Below, in pieces: positions 1-8,621 of a DNA stretch of 64,000 nucleotides. The stretch comes from a virus (lineage: Duplodnaviria; Heunggongvirae; Uroviricota; Caudoviricetes). Made by a program: the position numbers and the translations under genes. The notes below the pieces were generated by a model. It did no database searches, was not told where the DNA came from, and saw only the letters and a list, made by a program, of their open reading frames with translations. Each line of letters opens with the position of its first letter. Within the stretch, counting starts at the first letter, position 1. Location: IMG/VR virus record IMGVR_UViG_3300031993_000024, positions 1 through 64,000 of that record, one strand, 5' to 3'.

Positions 1-258
1 ATTAACTTCATCAAGAAAATATTCGATATTATAGTCAGTAACCGGTTCGAATATATTCTCTATAAGGTATTTCACATTTTGGTTCTTGTGCGAATATTGG
101 ATATAAGGTATGTCCAAATACCGCCTGCCGTCCTCTTTATCTGTTATAACAAAAACATAAGTCCTTTCAGAATTGGCGTAATTACTCGGAAATTCAAACC
201 TGCCCTTAACATAGAACAAGCTTTCAAGAAATTCTTTAAATGTCAACAATGCCTTCAT
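1..258 (-). CDS. partial CDS running off the window start; N-terminus MKALLTFKEFLES... (CTS-like leader)
   Basis: Reverse complement of 256-258 is ATG, preceded by AAGGAG. My translation (MKALLTFKEFLESLFYVKGRFEFPSNYANSERTYVFVITDKEDGRRYLDIPYIQYSHKNQNVKYLIENIFEPVTDYNIEYFLDEVN) stays open to position 1. It is absent from the ORF track only because no stop lies inside the window. Confidence 0.45.
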   Translation of the reverse strand, partial: MKALLTFKEFLESLFYVKGRFEFPSNYANSERTYVFVITDKEDGRRYLDIPYIQYSHKNQNVKYLIENIFEPVTDYNIEYFLDEVN

Positions 259-299
259 CTCCTTATGTCATTACGTTATTATTTATGGTTATTGAAAAA

Positions 300-335
300 A
301 TATCCCGAAAACTAAGCAAGCCTTCGGGATATTTT
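300..335 (-). terminator. hairpin terminator downstream of the 360..1121 gene
   Basis: ATCCCGAA(n13)TTCGGGAT inverted repeat followed by a T-run on the minus strand, lying between the stop at 360 and the next minus-strand start at 258. Confidence 0.5.
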
Positions 336-359
336 TAGAACTATCTGATAATCAGTAAA

Positions 360-1121
360 TTATATACCTTTTAGGTCACCAGATTGCTTCATAGCAACTG
401 CCATATTGCCTTGCAGCAAGCCTATAAGGTTTATTTTTGAGAATGTACCGCTTACGAATGTCTTCATAATGTCATACATTTTATCTACTGTTTCCTTGTC
501 AGGATTTACCGTCAAGAAGATTGAATCTTCAGGGACAAGGCTTTCAAGTGCAGCTATATTGAAGCCTTCAAGCTCGGAAAGCAAAGACTTGAAGCAAGCG
601 ACATACAGCTCAGTAGGAACACCTGTCTTCCGGCTGCGTACTTTTATTTCAGCGATAAGCCAATCCATATTGTCAGCAGATATATTGTTTTCCCTTGCGA
701 AATCAAGTATCTCTGTCCTGAACTCACTTATATCCGGTACGATTGTTTTCCTGATTATAGAAGGAGTTTTTGGGTCGCTCAACTTGTTAAACAATGAATC
801 AAGGTTTTCATATACATTCTTATTGCCTATGGTCTTCGCAAATTCAAGTTCATCAATGCTGTTGCCTTCATCCAAAAACGGACTTTCCTTTACAATACGG
901 GAAAGCTTTACGACTCTGTTCTGTCCCTTAGAAAATGTACCGTTCCTTCCAAGAAGAATTGTTTCTGCCTCTTCTTCACTTGAAGCAATGCAGGTATCCT
1001 TAAAGTCGCTTATAATATCTCCCTTATTGTCATAAACAACAAAATGACCGGTATACGTTTCTTGCGAATCGAAGTCACTTGACTCTTTGATAAACTGCTT
1101 GTAAGTCTTTAACTTTTCCAT
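360..1121 (-). CDS. hypothetical protein with CTS-like N-terminal leader MEKLKTYKQFIKES
   Basis: 253-aa ORF. Its first 14 residues match the leaders of the 36263-44702 cluster; the body is unrelated to them. Confidence 0.75.
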   Translation of the reverse strand: MEKLKTYKQFIKESSDFDSQETYTGHFVVYDNKGDIISDFKDTCIASSEEEAETILLGRNGTFSKGQNRVVKLSRIVKESPFLDEGNSIDELEFAKTIGNKNVYENLDSLFNKLSDPKTPSIIRKTIVPDISEFRTEILDFARENNISADNMDWLIAEIKVRSRKTGVPTELYVACFKSLLSELEGFNIAALESLVPEDSIFLTVNPDKETVDKMYDIMKTFVSGTFSKINLIGLLQGNMAVAMKQSGDLKGI

Positions 1122-1125
1122 GATT

Positions 1126-3045
1126 TTATTTTATTAGGGTCAACATATTTTTATAACTTCTCTCATCGAAGAAAACTTCAAGGAAAGAATCAGATGTTTC
1201 AAGCCTTATGATTGCCGCAAAATCTTTGTTGTCAAACTGGACGTCTGCCTCAGGCGACAACTTGAAGAATTTGGTAGAGCCTGATTTATCGGTATATTGA
1301 AGCGTGGTGTTTCCACTGTCTTCGCCAAGCGTAACATCACCTTCGCTTGCCGAATTTTCCTTCCATTCAGACGAATAGTCTATGGCACCAATAATCTTGT
1401 AAATGCCGTTAGGGTCGTCAGCCTTGAACGCGTCTTTTATTTCAGAGAACTTGACTGTTGTACTTGGTTCGATGTCTGTCATCGCTTTCTCCAACACAAA
1501 ACCATATTTAGGGCTGCAGTCGAATGTCTCGAATCCGCCTGACGTCAATTCAGAACCTTCTACAAACATTCTGTATTCGTTGAATGTCATCAGATGTCCT
1601 TCTTCGACAATCTTGAACGGTTTCTCCTTGCCTATCGTCATTTCAATCTTTTTGTTCTTGAACTGTGTCCTAAGAGCTTCAAGAGCGTCATGAGCGACAA
1701 GCTTCGCTGCGTCGGAACCAAATCCGCGCAAGTCGTCATAATTGATATATACGAATTTACGCGGCCTGTTTTGGTTGTCGCCTGGAAGCGTGTAGTAGAA
1801 TCTCAGCATTATGATGTTGTCCATCGTGTAGTTCCTGAAATTCTGGTCGACTGACATCTGGAACAATGCCTTGTCAAGGTCGTTCGCCTTCTGTTTCGGA
1901 GTCTCTTCTTTCTTGAAGTAGCTCTTTATCTTCTTATACGTGTCATGGGTGATTTGCATATAGAAGTCGTCGTCTTCGATAAAGATGTAATACAAATCTT
2001 TGTCATAGTCGGACCAGATTATACGCTCTCCTTCTTTGTTATAGAATACAAGGCGAAGCATCTCGCTTGTCTTCGGCGTGTCGACGATGTCCTTGAATTC
2101 CTGCGGAGAAAGCTGCTCAGGGTCGCAAAGCCTTTCGACTGCCTCAGAAGATATGTCATTATATTTGCAGTAGTTCTTCGCTTTCTTAGCCCATTCATCT
2201 TTATCAAGGCTATCGAGATATACTCTGATTCTTGTAGGGTCTTGCGATATGTCGTCTATCTCCGATTTCGTCAGAGGTTTCTTTCTCGAGCCGTATTCCC
2301 TTGTAACGACATCGATAAAGACGTCGTCAGGCATGTTCTTAAGCAAGTCGTCAGCCTGTTGCTGCGTAAGCATTTTCTTACGGCAGTAGGCATTCCAGTT
2401 AGAATTCCAATCTGAATAAGGGTCCATCATATACTGGTTCTTCATTTCAGGATTCTTCAGGAAGTCCTGCACCGTCACACGTCCTTTGTCCTTAAGCTCG
2501 CGGTACCTCTTGTTGAAGTCACAGTGCTGGAACATGAAGTTCGTTATATGGACAAGCTTTATGCCGTTGCTCTTCGCCTTGTGCGTCATCACTCCTGTCT
2601 TTGTCACGGCGTTCACGCCTCTCTCTATGATTTTCCTCAATGCGGCATTGTCGCCCTCGTCGACAGCTTCAAGCTCTTCGACATCGAAACGCTCTATCTC
2701 TTTGCCGGTTTCAAGTTCATAGACAAGGAAATCTTTTCCGTCTTCTTTCTTTTCGGAATCAACTATGTCGAAGCCGACAACAGAATTGACGTTTATTCCC
2801 TTGTTCGTGCCTTCGCCTGACCCGTCAATGATTGCGTATGATATGTAACAGCCTTGTACGCCAAAACGAACTTTCACATTCGGATTCTTAAGCATCCTTA
2901 AAAGGTCGTTGACATTCTTTACCTCCTTTTTCTGCCCGTCGGCATCTATGTAATAAGGAGGATTTTCTGCCTGTTCTGTCTCCTGCACTTCGGCCTCGAT
3001 TTCCTCGACGCCTTCGCGGAGCATTCTAAAATTTCTTTTTCCCAT
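1126..3045 (-). CDS. hypothetical protein, 639 aa
   Basis: Long ORF tightly packed with its neighbours. No Walker A or other motif recognised. Sits next to the DnaA-domain gene and the putative origin region. Confidence 0.7.
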   Translation of the reverse strand: MGKRNFRMLREGVEEIEAEVQETEQAENPPYYIDADGQKKEVKNVNDLLRMLKNPNVKVRFGVQGCYISYAIIDGSGEGTNKGINVNSVVGFDIVDSEKKEDGKDFLVYELETGKEIERFDVEELEAVDEGDNAALRKIIERGVNAVTKTGVMTHKAKSNGIKLVHITNFMFQHCDFNKRYRELKDKGRVTVQDFLKNPEMKNQYMMDPYSDWNSNWNAYCRKKMLTQQQADDLLKNMPDDVFIDVVTREYGSRKKPLTKSEIDDISQDPTRIRVYLDSLDKDEWAKKAKNYCKYNDISSEAVERLCDPEQLSPQEFKDIVDTPKTSEMLRLVFYNKEGERIIWSDYDKDLYYIFIEDDDFYMQITHDTYKKIKSYFKKEETPKQKANDLDKALFQMSVDQNFRNYTMDNIIMLRFYYTLPGDNQNRPRKFVYINYDDLRGFGSDAAKLVAHDALEALRTQFKNKKIEMTIGKEKPFKIVEEGHLMTFNEYRMFVEGSELTSGGFETFDCSPKYGFVLEKAMTDIEPSTTVKFSEIKDAFKADDPNGIYKIIGAIDYSSEWKENSASEGDVTLGEDSGNTTLQYTDKSGSTKFFKLSPEADVQFDNKDFAAIIRLETSDSFLEVFFDERSYKNMLTLIK

Positions 3046-3047
3046 TT

Positions 3048-3557
3048 CTAAGATATTTTTATTCCTACCTTATTTATGGTTTCCGGATTTCCTCTGTCCT
3101 GAAGAATCTTCGCGACTTCCTTCTTCACCATCTCAATCTCATCGATGAGGGTGCGGCTGACCTTGTCCTTGTCGTACATGTCGTATGCCTGGCGTACTAC
3201 CCTTGAATAATAGCAGACACTTGAATGGTCTACCCTGAGGGCGTCGCTGCACTCGTACAGCGTCATACTCGAGGTTTCCCTGAGAATATATCCGGCAATG
3301 GTCTTGCAGCGGACGAACTGCGCCGACCTGAGGCCGCATAGAAATTTGTCCCTTGATATTCCGAGTATCCTTTCTGTCGCCGTGAAAACCACGTCGGCAT
3401 AATCCCCGCCGTACATCTGCCGCACTATCGTCTTCGCTGACTGCTCCTTCATAGAGCGCTTCATCCTTTTAATAAGAGTCTTTTTCTTTTCCAAGTTGCT
3501 CCTCAATGAAATCACTTCATCGATGAGCTCTTCTTTCGTCATCTTTTCTAACTTCAT
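3048..3557 (-). CDS. DnaA C-terminal (domain IV) helix-turn-helix-like DNA-binding protein
   Basis: CKTIAGYILRETSSMTLYECSDALRVDHSSVCYYSRVV aligns to the DnaA domain IV consensus (ARQIAMYLAREVT..SLPEIG..FGGRDHTTVMHA). Confidence 0.6.
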   Translation of the reverse strand: MKLEKMTKEELIDEVISLRSNLEKKKTLIKRMKRSMKEQSAKTIVRQMYGGDYADVVFTATERILGISRDKFLCGLRSAQFVRCKTIAGYILRETSSMTLYECSDALRVDHSSVCYYSRVVRQAYDMYDKDKVSRTLIDEIEMVKKEVAKILQDRGNPETINKVGIKIS

Positions 3558-3744
3558 CCCAACAAATTTTCTTTTTCTATTTATGTTTAACCCAACATAT
3601 AAAAAACAACGTTTCCAACAGAATTATTAACAACATCTGATGTTTACCTACTAAGGCTTTCGTAAGAAATTGAAATAAAAAGTGTTAAGCCTTCAGGCAA
3701 ACAGTCAGTCAGAAGACATCCTCCAATGACTAATTATTGAATTC

Positions 3745-3950
3745 GTATCCGTATATACATCACACGACGACACAGACGCGACCGTGGACGTACATCACCC
3801 ACGTATATGACGCACGTGCATATATGGCATACATGACGTACGTCACACGCAGGCACGGACGTTACACGGATATACGTGCATAAACACAGGCGAACGCACA
3901 ACGCACTTACGTGCATAATGCGTTCGGGCACGTCATACACGTGCCCAAGC
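3745..3950. promoter_or_regulatory. GC-rich block of ACGT-core palindromes and iterons in the strand-switch region; putative origin or regulatory region
   Basis: About 50% GC in a ~35% GC genome. Repeated (C)ACGTGCATA occurs three times. Palindromes include GACGTACGTC, GCACGTGC and CACGTG twice. There is also a perfect hairpin, GGGCACG-tcataca-CGTGCCC. The block lies between divergent gene blocks. Confidence 0.35.
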
Positions 3951-4158
3951 CAAAAAAAAATTAAGAATTCTTTAAGTATTTCTTAGTATTATTTCCTGGT
4001 ATATAATAGAGTTTCATTCGTGAAATCACTACGGTTTTCAGAATTGGGGAAAAGAACAAAAATAGATAAAAATCAGATATGAAAAAATAAAATTGGAAAA
4101 AATTTCAGAAAAATATAAAATTTTTTAGGAAAACGTGTACAACTTAAAAAAATAATAC

Positions 4159-4166
4159 TATATTTG
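4159..4166 (+). promoter_or_regulatory. TAtaTTTG -7 element (Bacteroidota sigma-A type) upstream of a putative small RNA
   Basis: TATATTTG matches the Bacteroides TAnnTTTG -7 consensus. Confidence 0.3.
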
Positions 4167-4171
4167 TAACT

Positions 4172-4248
4172 GTAATTTTCATTGGAACCCAAGCTCTTGG
4201 GTAACGAATTCTCTGGGTCCCTGTTGAAAAACAGGGATTTTTTTTTGA
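4172..4248 (+). ncRNA. candidate ~75-nt small RNA (two hairpins plus an intrinsic terminator)
   Basis: Non-coding stretch. It has hairpin CCCAAG-ctc-TTGGG, then hairpin CCCTGTT-gaaaa-AACAGGG followed by T9, and a TAnnTTTG motif just upstream. Confidence 0.3.
4219..4248 (+). terminator. rho-independent terminator
   Basis: CCCTGTTgaaaaAACAGGG followed by TTTTTTTTT. Confidence 0.6.
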
Positions 4249-4312
4249 TAGAAAGCATACAACTTAAATTTTTTTGGCTTTTATTTGCACTTAGAGAATT
4301 TAATTCTAACGA

Positions 4313-5170
4313 ATGAAAATTAGAAACAGCAATATTAACTTACTGAAAGACAGAACTGAGAGAATGTGCATAGCTCTCGTATCTATACTTGTCAAGAAAG
4401 GATATACATCGATACCATATACCTCGTACAAAGGAAAACAAGGAAAAAAGAATTCGAACAAATACAACGTCTCGGGAAGGAACTACAAGAAAATATCGAC
4501 AATCATTCAATCATCTTACAACGCCGCAAGGAAATGGACTGACAACTGCATAACGAAAGGATACATCGAAGACACAGGCGACAAACTATTGATACACAGC
4601 GTAAGCAGCAAACACGACGACAGATGCTTTAAGATTTGCGAAGACTTGAAAGACAATGAACTGACACTGACACTCGTAGAAAAGGAACTATCATATTTCA
4701 TCATCACGAATCCCATACGCAAGAAGCAACACATCAAAGACTTACTACAACAGCGAGAACAAGTAAAAGATATAAAGACCCTCAAAAAAATTGATTCAAG
4801 ACTGAAGGCATACGGTGTTGATAGCAAAGAATATAAGGATACTGGCATAACGCTTAACAAGCTCGCGTCGGAATCAGGCATGGCGAAAAGCACCGTAGTA
4901 AGGTACATTAAGTACGGCCAAAAAAAAAATCGGCTCGAAGTAAGACGAAACGTAATCAGCACATATACACAAGGAAATAAGGCAGCCGTCGAGAGTGACA
5001 AGATAGATTGTCAGTTACTCGGCGGCTATACTTTTGGATACGTTAACAAAGGCGTGACAGTACTTATCAGGATGTTTGCGAATACATATTGCATACCTCA
5101 CGCCGGAGACGACGCACCCAGCAGAAATCATTTGACGACAGCTTATAGAAACAGGATAGCATACTGCTAA
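4313..5170 (+). CDS. hypothetical protein with a possible HTH (ITLNKLASESGMAKSTVVRYIKYG)
   Basis: 285-aa ORF, the first plus-strand gene after the strand switch. Confidence 0.65.
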   Translation: MKIRNSNINLLKDRTERMCIALVSILVKKGYTSIPYTSYKGKQGKKNSNKYNVSGRNYKKISTIIQSSYNAARKWTDNCITKGYIEDTGDKLLIHSVSSKHDDRCFKICEDLKDNELTLTLVEKELSYFIITNPIRKKQHIKDLLQQREQVKDIKTLKKIDSRLKAYGVDSKEYKDTGITLNKLASESGMAKSTVVRYIKYGQKKNRLEVRRNVISTYTQGNKAAVESDKIDCQLLGGYTFGYVNKGVTVLIRMFANTYCIPHAGDDAPSRNHLTTAYRNRIAYC

Positions 5171-5192
5171 AATTGGAAGTATGTCGTAAATC

Positions 5193-5207
5193 GTTGTTTT
5201 TTATATA
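5193..5207 (+). promoter_or_regulatory. conserved GTTGTTTTTTATATA motif (copy 1 of 7)
   Basis: Exact match to the 15-nt core found before seven gene starts. Confidence 0.35.
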
Positions 5208-5265
5208 GAATTCTTTAGTTTGTAGGTAGTTCACAGAAATGACATAAATAAAAGAAACTGATATT

Positions 5266-5859
5266 ATGCAGACTCGACTTTTTATTTTAAGGGTAATGGT
5301 GGCCGCGCTTTTCGTGGCATTCGTAATAAGTTTTTTCGGATACTTTAATTATAGGAACGAATCCGAAAGGCTTGCAGTGAATATCAAGGGAATATTGTCG
5401 CAGTATGATTCGTTAAAGGACGAGACAATAGCCCTGAATTATACCATAAGCGAACTGAAGAACAGCGAGCAGTCATTGTATGACAGCATCAAGGCGATGG
5501 CGAAAAATAACGGCATAAAGATTAAGACAATAGAGAAAATAGTTTACAGGGATGCCGGTTTCGTCAAGCGAGACACCATATACATAAGCGGTTTGGAAAG
5601 CTGTGTCATAGATACGTGCATAGGCGACGAGTGGTATAAGCTCTGCATAAACGGAGACGCCGGATATTTTCAGACTGAGGTTTCTGCGAAAAGCGAACTG
5701 TATATAGTATGGTACGGCAAGAAGGAAACAATCTATCCAAAACGGATTTGGCCGTTATGCCTGTTCCAGAGAAAGCATACTGTCATACACGTGAATGCAG
5801 ATGAGAAGAATCCGTACATCAATACGAATAACATGAAGGTAATCGAACTCGAAAAATAA
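5266..5859 (+). CDS. hypothetical membrane-anchored protein (N-terminal transmembrane helix)
   Basis: 197-aa ORF with a hydrophobic N-terminus, LFILRVMVAALFVAFVISFFGYF. Confidence 0.65.
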   Translation: MQTRLFILRVMVAALFVAFVISFFGYFNYRNESERLAVNIKGILSQYDSLKDETIALNYTISELKNSEQSLYDSIKAMAKNNGIKIKTIEKIVYRDAGFVKRDTIYISGLESCVIDTCIGDEWYKLCINGDAGYFQTEVSAKSELYIVWYGKKETIYPKRIWPLCLFQRKHTVIHVNADEKNPYINTNNMKVIELEK

Positions 5860-5872
5860 AAACAGATAGAAA

Positions 5873-6370
5873 ATGGTTGAATCTATAAAGAAAGCGTTCA
5901 GGGTATATCGTACATATAATACTGTACGCAGAATTTGGAAACGCGCAGAAGGGAGCCTTGCAAAATATGGTTTCGAGATGCTTCCTGACGGAAGAATAAT
6001 GAGGGAGTGTACTGTGGCTATAAACATAGCGACTGCCAAAAACCGTGTTCCTTATATGAAGGAGGTAGTCACAAGGTCGTATGAGGAGAATATCAACACT
6101 CTCGCAGCCGTGCTGAAAGTCGTAAAGCTTGACGAGTATGTGGATGTTACTTATGACAACCTGTATTTTCTCATGCTCGACGAGAATGACAAGGATTATG
6201 ACGACAATACCATTATAGCAAGATATGATATGGTCTTCGTTCCTAATTCCGATTATGAACCTGACTGGGAATCATACCTGACTTACGCACTTATGAAGAG
6301 AATAATCAGATGCTCGATAGCAGGCGTAAGTATTTTGGCGGTAATTCTGCTGCTCATAAATATATTGTAA
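5873..6370 (+). CDS. hypothetical protein with a C-terminal transmembrane anchor
   Basis: 165-aa ORF ending IAGVSILAVILLLINIL. Confidence 0.6.
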   Translation: MVESIKKAFRVYRTYNTVRRIWKRAEGSLAKYGFEMLPDGRIMRECTVAINIATAKNRVPYMKEVVTRSYEENINTLAAVLKVVKLDEYVDVTYDNLYFLMLDENDKDYDDNTIIARYDMVFVPNSDYEPDWESYLTYALMKRIIRCSIAGVSILAVILLLINIL

Positions 6371-6387
6371 AAATATCATTTTAGAGA

Positions 6388-8085
6388 ATGGCAGGATTTA
6401 TTAACAGAGGTATAGGTACCGGAATGTACGGAGGCCAAGTGACATTGCGTAAGAAGCTCGCGAATGTCAGGTTTACCGGCAGGGCCTATTCGCCTGACAA
6501 TATGACATCGCTTTCGCAGGTAATATCTGTTCCGCAGAACAGCTGGCACCGCGCTGAAGGCATTGGAGGTTCGCAGCCTGCAAGTTATTCAGTACAGAGG
6601 GAGACTTGTAGGAAATACGCCGCAGAAGACGACATAGACAAAATACTTGATATTGTTTGTGACGAGAGTATTTGTTCGACAGAGCAAGACCGTGATTTCG
6701 CATATATAGAATCAACGGCTGACAAGATTTCTGAAAAAGTGAAGGAGAAACTGCCTGAATACTTTATGAAGTTCAGGTATCTCTACGGCCTTATGAATAC
6801 AGATGATGTCTGGAGGCTTTTCAGGAGATGGATTGTCGATGGCAAGCTTGCATACCGTATAATATATGACGAAAAACAGAAAAACATAATTGACTTTGTA
6901 GAGCTTGACCCAGCGAATGTCGAAAAGATATGTGACAAAGACGGCAAGATACTGTATAAGGTCAGCACTAATGACTTAACGACGGGGAATGTCATAAACC
7001 TTACGTTGACTGAGCAGGAGATTGTTATCATATCTTATTCAGATGAAGATAACGACCTCAGCTATGTTTCAAGGCTTATACGTTCATTCAATACATTGAG
7101 GATTATGGAATCGACGAGAATTATATTCTCTGTCGTCAACTCCTCTTTGAAAATGAATTATGTCGTACCTGTCGGAGCGGTGTCGCCACAAAAGGGAAAG
7201 CAACGACTCGCGCAAGTTGCAGCAGACCAGGCTGAGCAAGTTGACTTCAACTGGTCGACAGGCGAGATAAAGACCAACGGACATCCGATGTTGCCGTTCT
7301 ATAAGCAGATGTTCTTCGCCATGACTGAAGGCAGCAAGCCTGAAGTTTCGGTCTTGAGCAATAACGGTGGACCAGACTTGTCGAATATACAGCCGTTGAC
7401 GTATTTCGCCGATAAGTTCCACGATATAACGAAAGTACCTCTTGCAAGGTTTGACAGACAGGCTGGTGCCCAATATACGATGAACGTCGAAGGAATACAT
7501 AGGGAAGAAATCAGGTTCAGCAGGTTTATAGCAAGGCTTCGGAATATTTACCAGATGCTTTTTATCAAGCCTATCTATATTCAGATTTGTCTTGACAACG
7601 AAATAAAGGATGACATTTCTTTCCTTGCATCTTTGCACCTCGTATACCAGTCAGACTCAGTCTATCTTCAAATTAAGAAGCTTACAATCATACAGCAGAA
7701 TATCAATGCTATTTCAGGTATTCTTAATTCGATACAGGTAACTGACGAACAAGGAAACCAAACACCATATTTCGACCCTGACTTCTTAATGAAGAAATTC
7801 TCGTTGTTCACGCCTGCAGAGCTTGAAGAAAATGAGAGGATTAAGAAGGAGAAAGCTAAGAAACGTAAAGAAGAGGCAGAAAAGGCTGCTACTGAGCAAC
7901 AACCTTCTATGGGAGGTGATATGGGCGGTGGTGGAATGGATATGGGAGGTGGCGATATGGGAGGTGGCGATATGGGAGGCGGCATGGACATGGGCGGCGG
8001 AGGCGATATGGGAGGCAGCATGGACATGAGCGGCGGAGCTCCTGAAACCGGCGGCGCTCCAGAAGGCGGTGAACCTGCAGTTTAA
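6388..8085 (+). CDS. portal protein (T4 gp20-like) with a Gly/Asp/Met-repeat C-terminal tail
   Basis: FRRWIVDGKLAYRII matches T4 gp20 FRRWYVDSRIFFHKII. PLARFDRQAGAQYTMNVEGIHREEIRFSRFIARL matches gp20 [35 protein letters not shown]. Size and synteny with the protease and MCP genes also fit. Confidence 0.85.
   Translation: MAGFINRGIGTGMYGGQVTLRKKLANVRFTGRAYSPDNMTSLSQVISVPQNSWHRAEGIGGSQPASYSVQRETCRKYAAEDDIDKILDIVCDESICSTEQDRDFAYIESTADKISEKVKEKLPEYFMKFRYLYGLMNTDDVWRLFRRWIVDGKLAYRIIYDEKQKNIIDFVELDPANVEKICDKDGKILYKVSTNDLTTGNVINLTLTEQEIVIISYSDEDNDLSYVSRLIRSFNTLRIMESTRIIFSVVNSSLKMNYVVPVGAVSPQKGKQRLAQVAADQAEQVDFNWSTGEIKTNGHPMLPFYKQMFFAMTEGSKPEVSVLSNNGGPDLSNIQPLTYFADKFHDITKVPLARFDRQAGAQYTMNVEGIHREEIRFSRFIARLRNIYQMLFIKPIYIQICLDNEIKDDISFLASLHLVYQSDSVYLQIKKLTIIQQNINAISGILNSIQVTDEQGNQTPYFDPDFLMKKFSLFTPAELEENERIKKEKAKKRKEEAEKAATEQQPSMGGDMGGGGMDMGGGDMGGGDMGGGMDMGGGGDMGGSMDMSGGAPETGGAPEGGEPAV
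7909..8042 (+). repeat. in-frame (GGDMGGG/MDMGGG) low-complexity repeat encoding the portal C-terminal tail
   Basis: MGGDMGGGGMDMGGGDMGGGDMGGGMDMGGGGDMGGSMDMSGG; a locally GC-rich repeated ATGGGAGGTGGCGAT unit. Confidence 0.8.
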
Positions 8086-8104
8086 TGTTTAAAAAGATAA
8101 AGCG

Positions 8105-8530
8105 ATGGAAGATTTTATAAAGATAGAACCGAAAGACAGTCTGAAAGTATCACGTGAAAAAATTAACAGAAATTTCAAGATAGTCAAAGAAGGAGTCGGA
8201 GCATTAAATACGAAGAGCATTCAGAAAAAGTATTATAATGCAACTATCGGACTTGAAGTCGGTTATTATTATGATTTAGGCGAAATCAGTGATGAGTTTC
8301 CACGACTGCCGAATACTATGACATCCGACGGCGACAGCCTTAAAGTCATAGAAGGTGAATTCACGTCAGCCAGAAGTATTTCTATGCCTTCGTCAACGAC
8401 AGATGTGTCAAGCATACCTGACAGTTCTCAGATTTTCTGGGCTTACATAAACTGTACGTCTGTGGACTCAGGCAGATATTATTTCAGAGTTTTCAACAAT
8501 AAAGGCATTGTCGTAAAATTTAGTTCTTAA
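8105..8530 (+). CDS. hypothetical protein
   Basis: 141-aa ORF immediately after the portal gene. Confidence 0.6.
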   Translation: MEDFIKIEPKDSLKVSREKINRNFKIVKEGVGALNTKSIQKKYYNATIGLEVGYYYDLGEISDEFPRLPNTMTSDGDSLKVIEGEFTSARSISMPSSTTDVSSIPDSSQIFWAYINCTSVDSGRYYFRVFNNKGIVVKFSS

Positions 8531-8565
8531 GCAACTAAGAAGAATACCTGTAAATGATGACATAT

Positions 8566-8598
8566 CCAGCCGACAGAAATTTGCCGGCTGGTTTTTTT
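8566..8598 (+). terminator. rho-independent terminator
   Basis: CCAGCCG-acagaaatttg-CGGCTGG followed by TTTTTTT. Confidence 0.6.
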
Positions 8599-8605
8599 AT
8601 AAATA
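8598..8605 (+). promoter_or_regulatory. TATAAATA (T4 late-promoter-type -10)
   Basis: Exact TATAAATA 17 nt upstream of the 8622 ATG. Confidence 0.4.
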
Positions 8606-8621
8606 GAAAAAGACAGTTCAA

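Noticed and set aside
41-52. GGTTCGAAT, a tRNA T-loop-like string
   Set aside because: The flanks cannot form T-stem or acceptor pairing, and it lies inside a coding frame. No tRNA was found anywhere in the window by eye.
79-315. 78-aa plus-strand ORF at the window start
   Set aside because: It is antisense to a better-supported minus-strand gene (leader-bearing, with an SD) and has no promoter or RBS context.
406-1035. 209-aa plus-strand ORF
   Set aside because: It is antisense to the leader-bearing minus-strand gene 360..1121.
7668-8027. 119-aa minus-strand ORF rich in PPIS repeats
   Set aside because: It is exactly antisense to the GGDM repeat of the portal gene, so it is a by-product of the repeat, not a gene.
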